DNA from: Gemmatales bacterium
Lineage (GTDB): Bacteria; Planctomycetota; Planctomycetia; Gemmatales; HRBIN36
DNA: 64,000 nt
Assembly: GCA_041640595.1 (NCBI GenBank)
Contig: JBEPZY010000008.1
Location: forward strand, 8,484-72,483
Direction: 5' to 3'
Each line of letters begins with the position of its first letter. Positions within the stretch are counted from its first letter, which is position 1. The notes below the pieces were generated by a model. The model made no database searches. It had not been told where the DNA came from and saw nothing but the letters and a program-made list of their open reading frames with translations. Positions 1-12,843 of the stretch are shown here, piece after piece. The position numbers and the translations under genes were made by a program.

Positions 1-3
1 CCC

Positions 4-3000
4 GTTTCAATCCCACCGTGGTTCGATTAGTACGAGACCCGTATCAGCTGCGTAGTCAATTTCGGACTGTTTCAATCCCACCGTGGTTCGATTAGTACGC
101 GTTTGACGTTCAGCCGCGGGCATATTTCGCCGACGTTTCAATCCCACCGTGGTTCGATTAGTACCAGCCACAGCTCGTACCTGCAATCCCGGTTACATCC
201 GTTTCAATCCCACCGTGGTTCGATTAGTACTGCAGCTTGACATGCTGGTGAAGGTTATTCAACTCAGTTTCAATCCCACCGTGGTTCGATTAGTACTGTT
301 CGGGATATTATCTCACGAGCACCAGTTGTAGAGTTTCAATCCCACCGTGGTTCGATTAGTACTATGTCCTTTTTGCATGTCTCACAGTCAGCAGGAGTAG
401 TTTCAATCCCACCGTGGTTCGATTAGTACCTGACGCAAGAAGAATTAGACGTGATCTATGACTACCGTTTCAATCCCACCGTGGTTCGATTAGTACTTAC
501 TTCACGTACCTGGTCGTAAGCCTCCCATACACGTTTCAATCCCACCGTGGTTCGATTAGTACACAACCGCAGTCAGCTATCCATTTCATGCCCGCTACCG
601 TTTCAATCCCACCGTGGTTCGATTAGTACGTTGATAAGATACTGTCAACTAACGGTGAGGATATTAGTTTCAATCCCACCGTGGTTCGATTAGTACCAAC
701 ACTTTTGCTCATACTTGCATATCTCGGCAATCTGTTTCAATCCCACCGTGGTTCGATTAGTACTGTCGTAGTTGACGTTCCACCTGTTCCACCACCACTG
801 TTTCAATCCCACCGTGGTTCGATTAGTACGCACGTCGAAGTTTACGACGCATGCGATTGTACGCCGTTTCAATCCCACCGTGGTTCGATTAGTACGCGCT
901 TTTTGTGGAACGTGGCTTACGAAGCGTGCAAGTTTCAATCCCACCGTGGTTCGATTAGTACTCTGAATCTACGCAATGATGTATTCGATGCGATTAGTTT
1001 CAATCCCACCGTGGTTCGATTAGTACTTATCACAAACGGTTGATGAGTTGCACGGAGATTGCGTTTCAATCCCACCGTGGTTCGATTAGTACACAACTGA
1101 TGGCAACCGCTACTTGCTAACGCTGAATCGTTTCAATCCCACCGTGGTTCGATTAGTACGCTGTCCTCCTGCTGCCTCAGGCCTGGCTGGGCGTGTTTCA
1201 ATCCCACCGTGGTTCGATTAGTACACTGGCCAAGTGCAAGCCGCCAGCCGACACGACGCACGTTTCAATCCCACCGTGGTTCGATTAGTACGACGTCGCA
1301 GCTAGCGTACATCCGCATCCGTTTACTTGTTTCAATCCCACCGTGGTTCGATTAGTACCTGCGGGCGAGTGGGACGTCTTCCAGGACGGTAGTGGTTTCA
1401 ATCCCACCGTGGTTCGATTAGTACTCAAGCAGCTCTGCCGTCTGCGGAGCAGAAGAACTAGGTTTCAATCCCACCGTGGTTCGATTAGTACGTGCAAGTG
1501 TATCCGCCAGGACACTGGGCACTCGAAGTTTCAATCCCACCGTGGTTCGATTAGTACTCACGGTTCAGATGTTCCCACTGCGCGTTCTCCTCAGGTTTCA
1601 ATCCCACCGTGGTTCGATTAGTACCCACGCAGCAATGTCCTCGCGTGCAACCTTCCACAGGTTTCAATCCCACCGTGGTTCGATTAGTACGCCACTGAGA
1701 CGCTACGGCAGCGGCGGTCGCTTGCCCGGTTTCAATCCCACCGTGGTTCGATTAGTACGCATCGCCCGACCTGTCGGAGCTGCTGCGGATTCAGTTTCAA
1801 TCCCACCGTGGTTCGATTAGTACTGACCTGGCCAGGACGACGGCGCTCACTGCAGCTACGCGTTTCAATCCCACCGTGGTTCGATTAGTACGTGGTTGTG
1901 CGGAAGCAACGCCACACGTGCGTTGAATGGTTTCAATCCCACCGTGGTTCGATTAGTACCGCCTGGCCCGCGGGACTGAGGAACACTTCGCAGTGTTTCA
2001 ATCCCACCGTGGTTCGATTAGTACCGCCCTTGCGGTCTGATTCCGGGATGTCAACGCCGCCGGTTTCAATCCCACCGTGGTTCGATTAGTACACATCGCC
2101 GCGTTCGGCAACGTGCCCAGCTCCAAAGTGTTTCAATCCCACCGTGGTTCGATTAGTACCGCTGGGAGCGAAGCGAGCCATTGTCGTCGCGCTCCTGTTT
2201 CAATCCCACCGTGGTTCGATTAGTACTGCTCCTCGTGGTCGGGCGAGGTTACAATCACCTCACGTTTCAATCCCACCGTGGTTCGATTAGTACCCGCAGA
2301 AGAAGGTGCGGCCCATAAGGAGGTAGCGCAGTTTCAATCCCACCGTGGTTCGATTAGTACTTCCGCAGTCGTAGCGGGAAAAGCGGGAATTGCAACGTTT
2401 CAATCCCACCGTGGTTCGATTAGTACACGAGTACCTCAGCATCACGCATATGCAGCTCTGTGGTTTCAATCCCACCGTGGTTCGATTAGTACGCGGTTGA
2501 CGACGACAGGATACCCGAAGAGCGTGTCGTTTCAATCCCACCGTGGTTCGATTAGTACAGGCTTTCAGGAACTCCTCGCGCGTCAGCCACTCGAGTTTCA
2601 ATCCCACCGTGGTTCGATTAGTACGCTGCGTCAGCTCCAAGTCAATCCCGCAAGTGCTGGGTTTCAATCCCACCGTGGTTCGATTAGTACCAAAAGTGCC
2701 TGGCTGGAGTGTCAACCTGAAGTCAAGTTTCAATCCCACCGTGGTTCGATTAGTACTCGCCAGGCGGGCCAAGTCTGGTCGAACGCATCCCGGTTTCAAT
2801 CCCACCGTGGTTCGATTAGTACCCGCTGTCATTGCACCGTCAGCGAAGCCGCGCCAGTGTTTCAATCCCACCGTGGTTCGATTAGTACCGAACAGAACCG
2901 AATTTTTCTGTGGGGGAGTTAAAACGTTTCAATCCCACCGTGGTTCGATTAGTACGCGAAAAATACTGCCCGTGACCTCGAAAAACGAGAGGTTTCAATC

Positions 3001-6000
3001 CCACCGTGGTTCGATTAGTACCCGCCTTGCTCCCAGAGCGCGTCTTCGAGTAACTCCATGTTTCAATCCCACCGTGGTTCGATTAGTACCGCCTGCGAGC
3101 TTAGAGAGGGAAATCAAACAACTGAGTTTCAATCCCACCGTGGTTCGATTAGTACGTCGGTGTTGGTGATGCTCCCGTCGTCACGGTGAAAGGTTTCAAT
3201 CCCACCGTGGTTCGATTAGTACGTTGCCTGCCTATTGCCTCCGTCAGTTGTGGCAACAGTTTCAATCCCACCGTGGTTCGATTAGTACGATCTGATGCGT
3301 TGCGAAATCAACCAGCAACTCCACGTTTCAATCCCACCGTGGTTCGATTAGTACCGTGGCTCATTGGCATAACAACTCCCTTGTGTTATGTGTTTCAATC
3401 CCACCGTGGTTCGATTAGTACTGCGCTTCTGAAGGTGAAAACAAACATCCTCGGCTTGTTTCAATCCCACCGTGGTTCGATTAGTACAGGAACCGGCGGG
3501 CAAACTCGCGGAACCGCTCCGCAGGTTTCAATCCCACCGTGGTTCGATTAGTACGATTAGGTCAAGAATGACGTTGCGCTTTGCTTTTGAGGTTTCAATC
3601 CCACCGTGGTTCGATTAGTACTCCTCGCATCCGTCATTGCTCTGCTGGCCGAATCCGAGTTTCAATCCCACCGTGGTTCGATTAGTACGCAGACGACGTT
3701 GGCACGGCTCAGATACCACGCGCGCGTTTCAATCCCACCGTGGTTCGATTAGTACTGCCCGCGGCCTGGCGTCCGCGCGCTCATTCCGCCGGTTTCAATC
3801 CCACCGTGGTTCGATTAGTACGAAGGCCCTGGGCAACGCGGAGCGTGGCCACGTCCGGTTTCAATCCCACCGTGGTTCGATTAGTACTGCCCGGCCCCGC
3901 CTTTACGAGGTCGGCGATGCACAGTTTCAATCCCACCGTGGTTCGATTAGTACGTGACCCTGATGGTCATATCGGCATTGCGGTTGCCAAGTTTCAATCC
4001 CACCGTGGTTCGATTAGTACGCTGCTTACAAGGATCGCACGTGCGTTAGCTAACCCGGTTTCAATCCCACCGTGGTTCGATTAGTACTCAGTCGCTGTGC
4101 AACAGCAGCAGGCAGCGTTACTTCCGTTTCAATCCCACCGTGGTTCGATTAGTACTTGCAATTGTGGGCTGCGTACTATCAGCTTGAGCCGGTTTCAATC
4201 CCACCGTGGTTCGATTAGTACCACCGAACAGCACGACCTTCTTATCGGCGGCGAGTTCGTTTCAATCCCACCGTGGTTCGATTAGTACTGCTGGGCAAAG
4301 ACAACGCATTGTCAACGCGGCTTAGTTTCAATCCCACCGTGGTTCGATTAGTACCGCAGACAACCTCGCCAACTCGCACGCTGATGACATGTTTCAATCC
4401 CACCGTGGTTCGATTAGTACTTGGTGGGTAGGCCCGACGATTGCAACTACTGTCCAAGTTTCAATCCCACCGTGGTTCGATTAGTACTATCAACGCTATC
4501 AAGCGCGTTGAGAAACAGACCGGTTTCAATCCCACCGTGGTTCGATTAGTACACGAAGCGTCTCAATGCAGCGCTCACGGAACGTAAGCGTTTCAATCCC
4601 ACCGTGGTTCGATTAGTACCTGGTGTTGGGACTGGCGCTCTGGTCTATTTCAAGTGTTTCAATCCCACCGTGGTTCGATTAGTACAAAACCGGTTCGGTT
4701 CAGTTCGGTTCGGTTCTGTTAGTTTCAATCCCACCGTGGTTCGATTAGTACTGCCTGAGGGCCGAGTATGGAACTCGCATGCGGACTAGTTTCAATCCCA
4801 CCGTGGTTCGATTAGTACGTTCACGTCAACACCTGTAACAAGGCAGTCAAACTTCGTTTCAATCCCACCGTGGTTCGATTAGTACTCAACTTCACGAAGT
4901 TTCTGCTTGACAACGCTGCCGGTTTCAATCCCACCGTGGTTCGATTAGTACGCGTCGTGTGCCGATGCCGACCGCCGATTCTTCCTGAGTTTCAATCCCA
5001 CCGTGGTTCGATTAGTACACGGAGATGGCTATTGGCTGCATCTATTCGATACCGCGGTTTCAATCCCACCGTGGTTCGATTAGTACGCACGAACACGTCT
5101 GTGCGATTCGACCAACACGCTGGTTTCAATCCCACCGTGGTTCGATTAGTACGCTGCTTACAAGGCTCGCACGTGCGTTAGCTAACCCGGTTTCAATCCC
5201 ACCGTGGTTCGATTAGTACAGCGGAAGTGTGGATTGACGTGATAACAGAAGACCGTTTCAATCCCACCGTGGTTCGATTAGTACCGGTAGCGTTCTTGTG
5301 CCCGACCATCTCTCTTGCCTGTTTCAATCCCACCGTGGTTCGATTAGTACCAGAAACTTGCCGACTGCGATTGCCAACTGCGTCGCCGTTTCAATCCCAC
5401 CGTGGTTCGATTAGTACCGAGTCCTGGCTTGGTTTCGCACCTGACGGCGTCCAGTTTCAATCCCACCGTGGTTCGATTAGTACGATAGGCTGGCGGTGAA
5501 CGGGGGCACAAGCCAAGCAGTTTCAATCCCACCGTGGTTCGATTAGTACGCATTTACGCGATACCGCGTGGCGGCAAAGTTATCAGGTTTCAATCCCACC
5601 GTGGTTCGATTAGTACCCTTGATTAGATGAATGGCCCTCGGATAAGCACCCGGTTTCAATCCCACCGTGGTTCGATTAGTACGTGTCTCCGTCGTCCTCC
5701 TGCGCACTTGGTTGCTGGTTTCAATCCCACCGTGGTTCGATTAGTACCGCGGTGGTGTTTGACGTGTGGGACCACGATCTGTCGTGTTTCAATCCCACCG
5801 TGGTTCGATTAGTACGCGGTGCTGGCGATAGACGGTGAGCCGGTGGCTCGCGGTTTCAATCCCACCGTGGTTCGATTAGTACGCAAAGCAGCCCAGCGAT
5901 AATGCCAGACTTTATAGCCGTTTCAATCCCACCGTGGTTCGATTAGTACTTATTCTGAAAGCAGGCACGGCACTGCTGGGACTGAGTTTCAATCCCACCG

Positions 6001-9000
6001 TGGTTCGATTAGTACCAACGCGGCTTACGGAACAGGAATGGCAGCAGATCAGTTTCAATCCCACCGTGGTTCGATTAGTACCTCGGCCGTCGCGGCGCGG
6101 AGCTGCTGAACCTGTTCGTTTCAATCCCACCGTGGTTCGATTAGTACGCATGGCTCTTGTGTATCGCCGCCAACTAAACGACCGTTTCAATCCCACCGTG
6201 GTTCGATTAGTACCAGCGTTATGCTCGTTTGAAGGTGCGCTGCCATAGCAGTTTCAATCCCACCGTGGTTCGATTAGTACCAAAAAGCCGGTGTTGTCCG
6301 TGAAGAAAGAGAGCCGTTTCAATCCCACCGTGGTTCGATTAGTACGTGCGAGCGAAAGAGTCGCTGAACCCGTTGCCTGAGTTTCAATCCCACCGTGGTT
6401 CGATTAGTACGCGGGAAAGTTGCGGCTGGCTAGTGCTGCGGAACTTCGGTTTCAATCCCACCGTGGTTCGATTAGTACCGCACCGCGACCAGGCTGGTAG
6501 CTTTCCGTTGTAGGGTTTCAATCCCACCGTGGTTCGATTAGTACTGTGCTGCGGCTCGCGCTCCGGCTCGGCAAGACATTAGGTTTCAATCCCACCGTGG
6601 TTCGATTAGTACGCGGGAAGACCTGCGCAACGACGTTGCTGCAAAACTTGTTTCAATCCCACCGTGGTTCGATTAGTACTGATGGGTTACTACCTGCGCG
6701 ATGCAATCAAGCGAGGTTTCAATCCCACCGTGGTTCGATTAGTACCCGGAGTTTGGACGTTAGTCTGGACGGACTGAACGTCGTTTCAATCCCACCGTGG
6801 TTCGATTAGTACAACAACGTCAGCATAGATCTGAACAACGTCAGTATTGGTTTCAATCCCACCGTGGTTCGATTAGTACTCGGTCTTGGTCCGACAGCCT
6901 TTGATACTATCCTCAGTTTCAATCCCACCGTGGTTCGATTAGTACCTGCATCCGAAATTGCAGGAGTAAGTTCACCAGTTTGTTTCAATCCCACCGTGGT
7001 TCGATTAGTACCCAGACGCCGTGCCTCGTTTGCCATCCGACGTTGCCGTTTCAATCCCACCGTGGTTCGATTAGTACATGTTCGACTGGACTAGCGACAT
7101 ACTGTTGAAATTCGTTTCAATCCCACCGTGGTTCGATTAGTACCGTTCCGCATAGCCTGTCCTCCATTCTGCCATTCGCCGTTTCAATCCCACCGTGGTT
7201 CGATTAGTACCTGCAGACGCAGGGCAGGGTGTGGAAGGGGAAGGAAGTTTCAATCCCACCGTGGTTCGATTAGTACCGATGAATTCGCAACGTTTGTTTG
7301 GGCAAAAGACTCGTTTCAATCCCACCGTGGTTCGATTAGTACCCGACATGCTTGCTGATAAACTTCAGGAACTGGAAAGTTTCAATCCCACCGTGGTTCG
7401 ATTAGTACTGATGAAGACGAAGCTATGTGGGACGTTCAGGTAAAGTTTCAATCCCACCGTGGTTCGATTAGTACGAAGACGTAGCAAACGGCGTGGCAGG
7501 ATGGGTGTACCGTTTCAATCCCACCGTGGTTCGATTAGTACCTGGACAGGCTTGTTGACAGTGCAAAAGCCGTAAAGTGTTTCAATCCCACCGTGGTTCG
7601 ATTAGTACCCGCAGGTTGCAGCAAACACCAAGCAAGCAACAACCGTTTCAATCCCACCGTGGTTCGATTAGTACCGTGTCGCCGCAGGCGAGCACAAACC
7701 TAGGTTGTTCCCGTTTCAATCCCACCGTGGTTCGATTAGTACTTTCGGAAGTTTCGTCATTACTGGGTTGACGCTATACGTTTCAATCCCACCGTGGTTC
7801 GATTAGTACGAGGCTGCTTGCATAGCAATACTGGCCAAGTAATAAGTTTCAATCCCACCGTGGTTCGATTAGTACGCAAGCCAGAATTCCACAATGGCTG
7901 AGCACTGTGCGTTTCAATCCCACCGTGGTTCGATTAGTACCATTATAGACAAATACGATGAATTCGCAACGTTTGTGGTTTCAATCCCACCGTGGTTCGA
8001 TTAGTACGGCGTGTACGTTTACTGCAGTCAGACTTACAGTTTGCGTTTCAATCCCACCGTGGTTCGATTAGTACCGAGCGTGCTAAAGCTGCCTCAAAAA
8101 CAAACAGAAGTTTCAATCCCACCGTGGTTCGATTAGTACCGATGGCAACGTGGTGTTTGTCGTCGAGCGTGAATTGTTTCAATCCCACCGTGGTTCGATT
8201 AGTACTCAGCGAACCTTACGGTGAATTCACCATCGCTGTTTGTTTCAATCCCACCGTGGTTCGATTAGTACCTGTTCAACCCGATAGCGATATGGCAGGC
8301 TGGTTTGGTTTCAATCCCACCGTGGTTCGATTAGTACGCTGTAAGAACCCGCAAGGGTTACGTGATGTCCAAAGGTTTCAATCCCACCGTGGTTCGATTA
8401 GTACCCTGAATCAGGTTCTGAATGCTCACCTGATTCAGCGTCGTTTCAATCCCACCGTGGTTCGATTAGTACAACTGCGTCGAGCACCAGTAACACTTTC
8501 ATTTTACTGTTTCAATCCCACCGTGGTTCGATTAGTACCTGGTGCCGCCTTTTTCCTTCTTGCCGGTTGTCCAGTTGTTTCAATCCCACCGTGGTTCGAT
8601 TAGTACAAGGCCTCGCAGACCCAGGCCTTGTGGTCGGTCGTATGTTTCAATCCCACCGTGGTTCGATTAGTACCTCCGAACGCACGTTACAGAAGAACAG
8701 GGCGTACCGAAGTTTCAATCCCACCGTGGTTCGATTAGTACACTGACGCCATTCCTTACCCCTCCACGTGTTGCCCGCGTTTCAATCCCACCGTGGTTCG
8801 ATTAGTACCATTTTGTTGTATAACGTTAGTAAGTCCGCGTCCTTACGTTTCAATCCCACCGTGGTTCGATTAGTACTGGCAGCCTCAACTTTCCGACTTT
8901 CACAAAGTTCCACGTTTCAATCCCACCGTGGTTCGATTAGTACTGTCGTCGAGCGTGAATTTGGCGAGTAACGATAACGGTTTCAATCCCACCGTGGTTC

Positions 9001-12000
9001 GATTAGTACGCACCAGCACTGACATCCGCAGTGAAAGCAAAGATTCGTTTCAATCCCACCGTGGTTCGATTAGTACTAGCTGATCTGCTGTGCTGCAGTA
9101 TCGAGTACTCTGATGTTTCAATCCCACCGTGGTTCGATTAGTACAAAATCTCGCAGTTGCAACCGTATGCTTTGACCGCGGTTTCAATCCCACCGTGGTT
9201 CGATTAGTACCGCTTGAGCCGGGCACAACATATATGTTGTTGTCAACGTTTCAATCCCACCGTGGTTCGATTAGTACTGCTTTGAGATCAGCAGCAGCTT
9301 GTAACGCAGCTGCCGTTTCAATCCCACCGTGGTTCGATTAGTACCGTAATCACCATAACGAGCACCAAGCAGGAACCTGTTGTTTCAATCCCACCGTGGT
9401 TCGATTAGTACCGAGGAGGAAAAGCAGCACAGATAGCACTAAGTACGTTTCAATCCCACCGTGGTTCGATTAGTACTGGCTGGATATTCCAGGTTGACGA
9501 AAGGGAAGTGAAGTTTCAATCCCACCGTGGTTCGATTAGTACGCGATATGTCAGTGAAGCTTGTCGCATTCACCCTGACCGTTTCAATCCCACCGTGGTT
9601 CGATTAGTACGTTGACGAATTATTCGGCCAATGCATGGTCTGTGCAGTTTCAATCCCACCGTGGTTCGATTAGTACCGCATAGGCTTGCGTATAAAGGCA
9701 TCAGGCAGGCCCCAAGTTTCAATCCCACCGTGGTTCGATTAGTACTTGTCTGATTTTTGACAAAAATGCCGTCTTGAAGCTGGTTTCAATCCCACCGTGG
9801 TTCGATTAGTACGTTCCATCGCTGTCCTCCTGTCAATTGATGACTTCAGTTTCAATCCCACCGTGGTTCGATTAGTACCAGCAGGCGACAGCGGGAAACA
9901 CTTCAGAGAATCGAGGTTTCAATCCCACCGTGGTTCGATTAGTACCGAGCCCCCATGCAGGCGATAAAACACTATCGAGCTCGTTTCAATCCCACCGTGG
10001 TTCGATTAGTACATGCGGCATGTCTTGGAAAGCTCGCTGCGGAGAAAGTTTCAATCCCACCGTGGTTCGATTAGTACGTGAACTAAGTCTTTCCAGCCGG
10101 GCTCGTGCTATAGTTTCAATCCCACCGTGGTTCGATTAGTACGATTTGCGAATCGTTCGTAGCCAAGCTTATAGACAAGTTTCAATCCCACCGTGGTTCG
10201 ATTAGTACTGCCTTGTCTATTTTGCGAGTCCAAATTCAGTGTCCGTTTCAATCCCACCGTGGTTCGATTAGTACACTTGATTACGCTCTTTGGTGGTGGA
10301 AGCGTGTTGCGTTTCAATCCCACCGTGGTTCGATTAGTACCGAGCAGCGGCGTACGTGTTGTGGTATCAGAAGCAGCGTTTCAATCCCACCGTGGTTCGA
10401 TTAGTACCAAACACCAAGCAAGTAACAAACCTGCCTTATTGTCCGTTTCAATCCCACCGTGGTTCGATTAGTACGCCTATATTCTATTCGATCCAGATAC
10501 AAATAACCTGGTTTCAATCCCACCGTGGTTCGATTAGTACATCTTTTGACGTTAAATCAAATCAGCATACAAAACCGTTTCAATCCCACCGTGGTTCGAT
10601 TAGTACTCCTAATACGTTCCTTACCACGCAGAAAAAATGATAGTTTCAATCCCACCGTGGTTCGATTAGTACTGCCATTCGCCTGTGCGACCGATCCCGT
10701 CCAGTCCGGTTTCAATCCCACCGTGGTTCGATTAGTACTATCAAGCTGCTTCTGATACCACGAAACGTATGAAGGTTTCAATCCCACCGTGGTTCGATTA
10801 GTACTGTGGCGACTAATAATGATAGACCGCAGCCGTTTCGTTTCAATCCCACCGTGGTTCGATTAGTACCTGTTGAAGCAGGAATTCCAATTGACGTGAT
10901 TGTTCGTTTCAATCCCACCGTGGTTCGATTAGTACGCTTTCAAATCAGCAGCAGCTTGCAACGCAGCTGCTGTTTCAATCCCACCGTGGTTCGATTAGTA
11001 CCCGTTTCGTTTTGCCCGGTCCTGGGCCTGGTCAGCCGTTTCAATCCCACCGTGGTTCGATTAGTACGTGTCGTGCACAAAGAAAGCTGTCGGTGCTTTT
11101 ACGGTTTCAATCCCACCGTGGTTCGATTAGTACCTGTGTCGGTGTTGTTGGGGGCTCGGTTGTTTCTTTGTTTCAATCCCACCGTGGTTCGATTAGTACG
11201 TTTGATAGACAATTCCGACCTTGTTTGTCGGAAAGGTTTCAATCCCACCGTGGTTCGATTAGTACCTCAGCAGCTTTCCGTTTCCATTCCTCTAAGTTCA
11301 CCGTTTCAATCCCACCGTGGTTCGATTAGTACTAACTCCGAAATCCCCCATACACAGTTGAAGCATAATGTTTCAATCCCACCGTGGTTCGATTAGTACG
11401 ACAAAAGCGATAGAGATAGTCCAAAATGCACCTATTGGTTTCAATCCCACCGTGGTTCGATTAGTACCTAACCTTGCTCGTGCTATGTGACGTTCGATTA
11501 GTCCGTTTCAATCCCACCGTGGTTCGATTAGTACGATAAGTTGCTGTGTTTCACCGATACCTATCAGACCTGTTTCAATCCCACCGTGGTTCGATTAGTA
11601 CTCGGCAACAAGACTAGCTGCTGCAGGGCTTGCGTTGGTTTCAATCCCACCGTGGTTCGATTAGTACGGAGACTGAAGATTCTCCAAGCTTACTATCGAG
11701 CATGTTTCAATCCCACCGTGGTTCGATTAGTACAGTAGCACCTGCAAATGCTGCTGCACCAGCTGCAATGTTTCAATCCCACCGTGGTTCGATTAGTACC
11801 TGACAAGGCGTGCCTGACCAGCACGCACGGGGGTGTTTCAATCCCACCGTGGTTCGATTAGTACGACGGCGGACCGCCGCCAGTGCCAGTGCCAGTTGTG
11901 TTTCAATCCCACCGTGGTTCGATTAGTACAGGGCCCTTCTGTCAATTTTTCGATCTGCCAGTAGGGGTTTCAATCCCACCGTGGTTCGATTAGTACCCCG

Positions 12001-12597
12001 CGGCCCCAAGTCACGCATCGGGCCAGTGTATGGTTTCAATCCCACCGTGGTTCGATTAGTACCTGCACCAGCACTGACATCCGCAGTGAAAGCAAAGATT
12101 CGTTTCAATCCCACCGTGGTTCGATTAGTACGATAGACCGCAGCCCTTTTTGCTATGTGAGAATCACCGTTTCAATCCCACCGTGGTTCGATTAGTACTG
12201 CATCTGCCTGGGACTTACATGACCCTCAAAGTCAGTTTCAATCCCACCGTGGTTCGATTAGTACTCAATAATTCCCCGCCAGAACGCTTCTGCAGCTTCC
12301 GCGTTTCAATCCCACCGTGGTTCGATTAGTACCAAAGCATAGTCCAGCTCCCGACACCACTCGCATTCGTTTCAATCCCACCGTGGTTCGATTAGTACGG
12401 TCCTCTTCTGTTGGTTCTTCGGGTGCTTGCTCTTGTTTCAATCCCACCGTGGTTCGATTAGTACCACCAGCACTGACATCCGCAGTGAAAGCAAAGATTC
12501 GTTTCAATCCCACCGTGGTTCGATTAGTACGTTGTGCTATGTAGATGGAAGTGAGACGCTAATAGTCGTTTCAATCCCACCGTGGTTCGATTAGTAC
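4..12597 (-). CRISPR. CRISPR array, 30-bp repeat GTTTCAATCCCACCGTGGTTCGATTAGTAC (+), i.e. GTACTAATCGAACCACGGTGGGATTGAAAC in crRNA sense; ~35-39-nt spacers; about 190 repeats
   Basis: Same 30-mer every ~66 bp from 4 to 12568-12597. The minus-strand form ends in ATTGAAAC, the canonical type I-B/III 5' handle, and the leader and cas2 lie at the high-coordinate end. Count is estimated from length/period. Probably cut by the window edge. Confidence 0.99.
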
Positions 12598-12637
12598 CCA
12601 GCGCTTTGGGCCGAGAAATCCGGCTTGTTTTTTTCGG

Positions 12638-12667
12638 ATTATACAGTCGACCCCCGGTGGCCGTCAA
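12638..12667 (-). promoter_or_regulatory. Sigma70-like promoter of the CRISPR array (TTGACG-18 bp-TATAAT)
   Basis: On the minus strand, -35 TTGACG (12667-12662) and a perfect -10 TATAAT (12643-12638) lie about 40 bp upstream of the first repeat and point into the array. Confidence 0.75.
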
Positions 12668-12683
12668 TAGGGCGGGGAGCGAC
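12646..12683. promoter_or_regulatory. Leader inverted-repeat motif GTCGACCCCC...GGGGAGCGAC
   Basis: Imperfect inverted repeat 50-85 bp from the first repeat. Resembles the GTCGAC-type leader motif I recall from type I-B arrays. Confidence 0.55.
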
Positions 12684-12843
12684 GGCACCGTGGACGGGGG
12701 GACAGGTCGTGAGCCTAGAAACTCCCGAGGAGCGACAACTCGCAAGCGACGGCACCAGTGGTCAGTGACGGCGACTGTGGCTCGTTGTAACCGGGAGCAA
12801 GCGATGTGGTCGCAACGCGAAATTTGCCCGCGGGCCGGTGGCT

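Noticed and set aside
10079..12567. Recurring TGCTAT(G) motif in four spacers, suggesting promoter targeting
   Set aside because: The motif is short, and in one spacer it reads as coding sequence (LLCENH); not distinguishable from chance.
4..12597. Self-targeting spacers against genes in this window
   Set aside because: None found in spot checks by eye. An exhaustive alignment was not possible, so this is unproven rather than excluded.
149..12745. Dozens of ORFs with FQSHRGSIST / FNPTVVRLV / TNRTTVGLK repeats
   Set aside because: They are translations of the CRISPR repeat in different frames, not genes.
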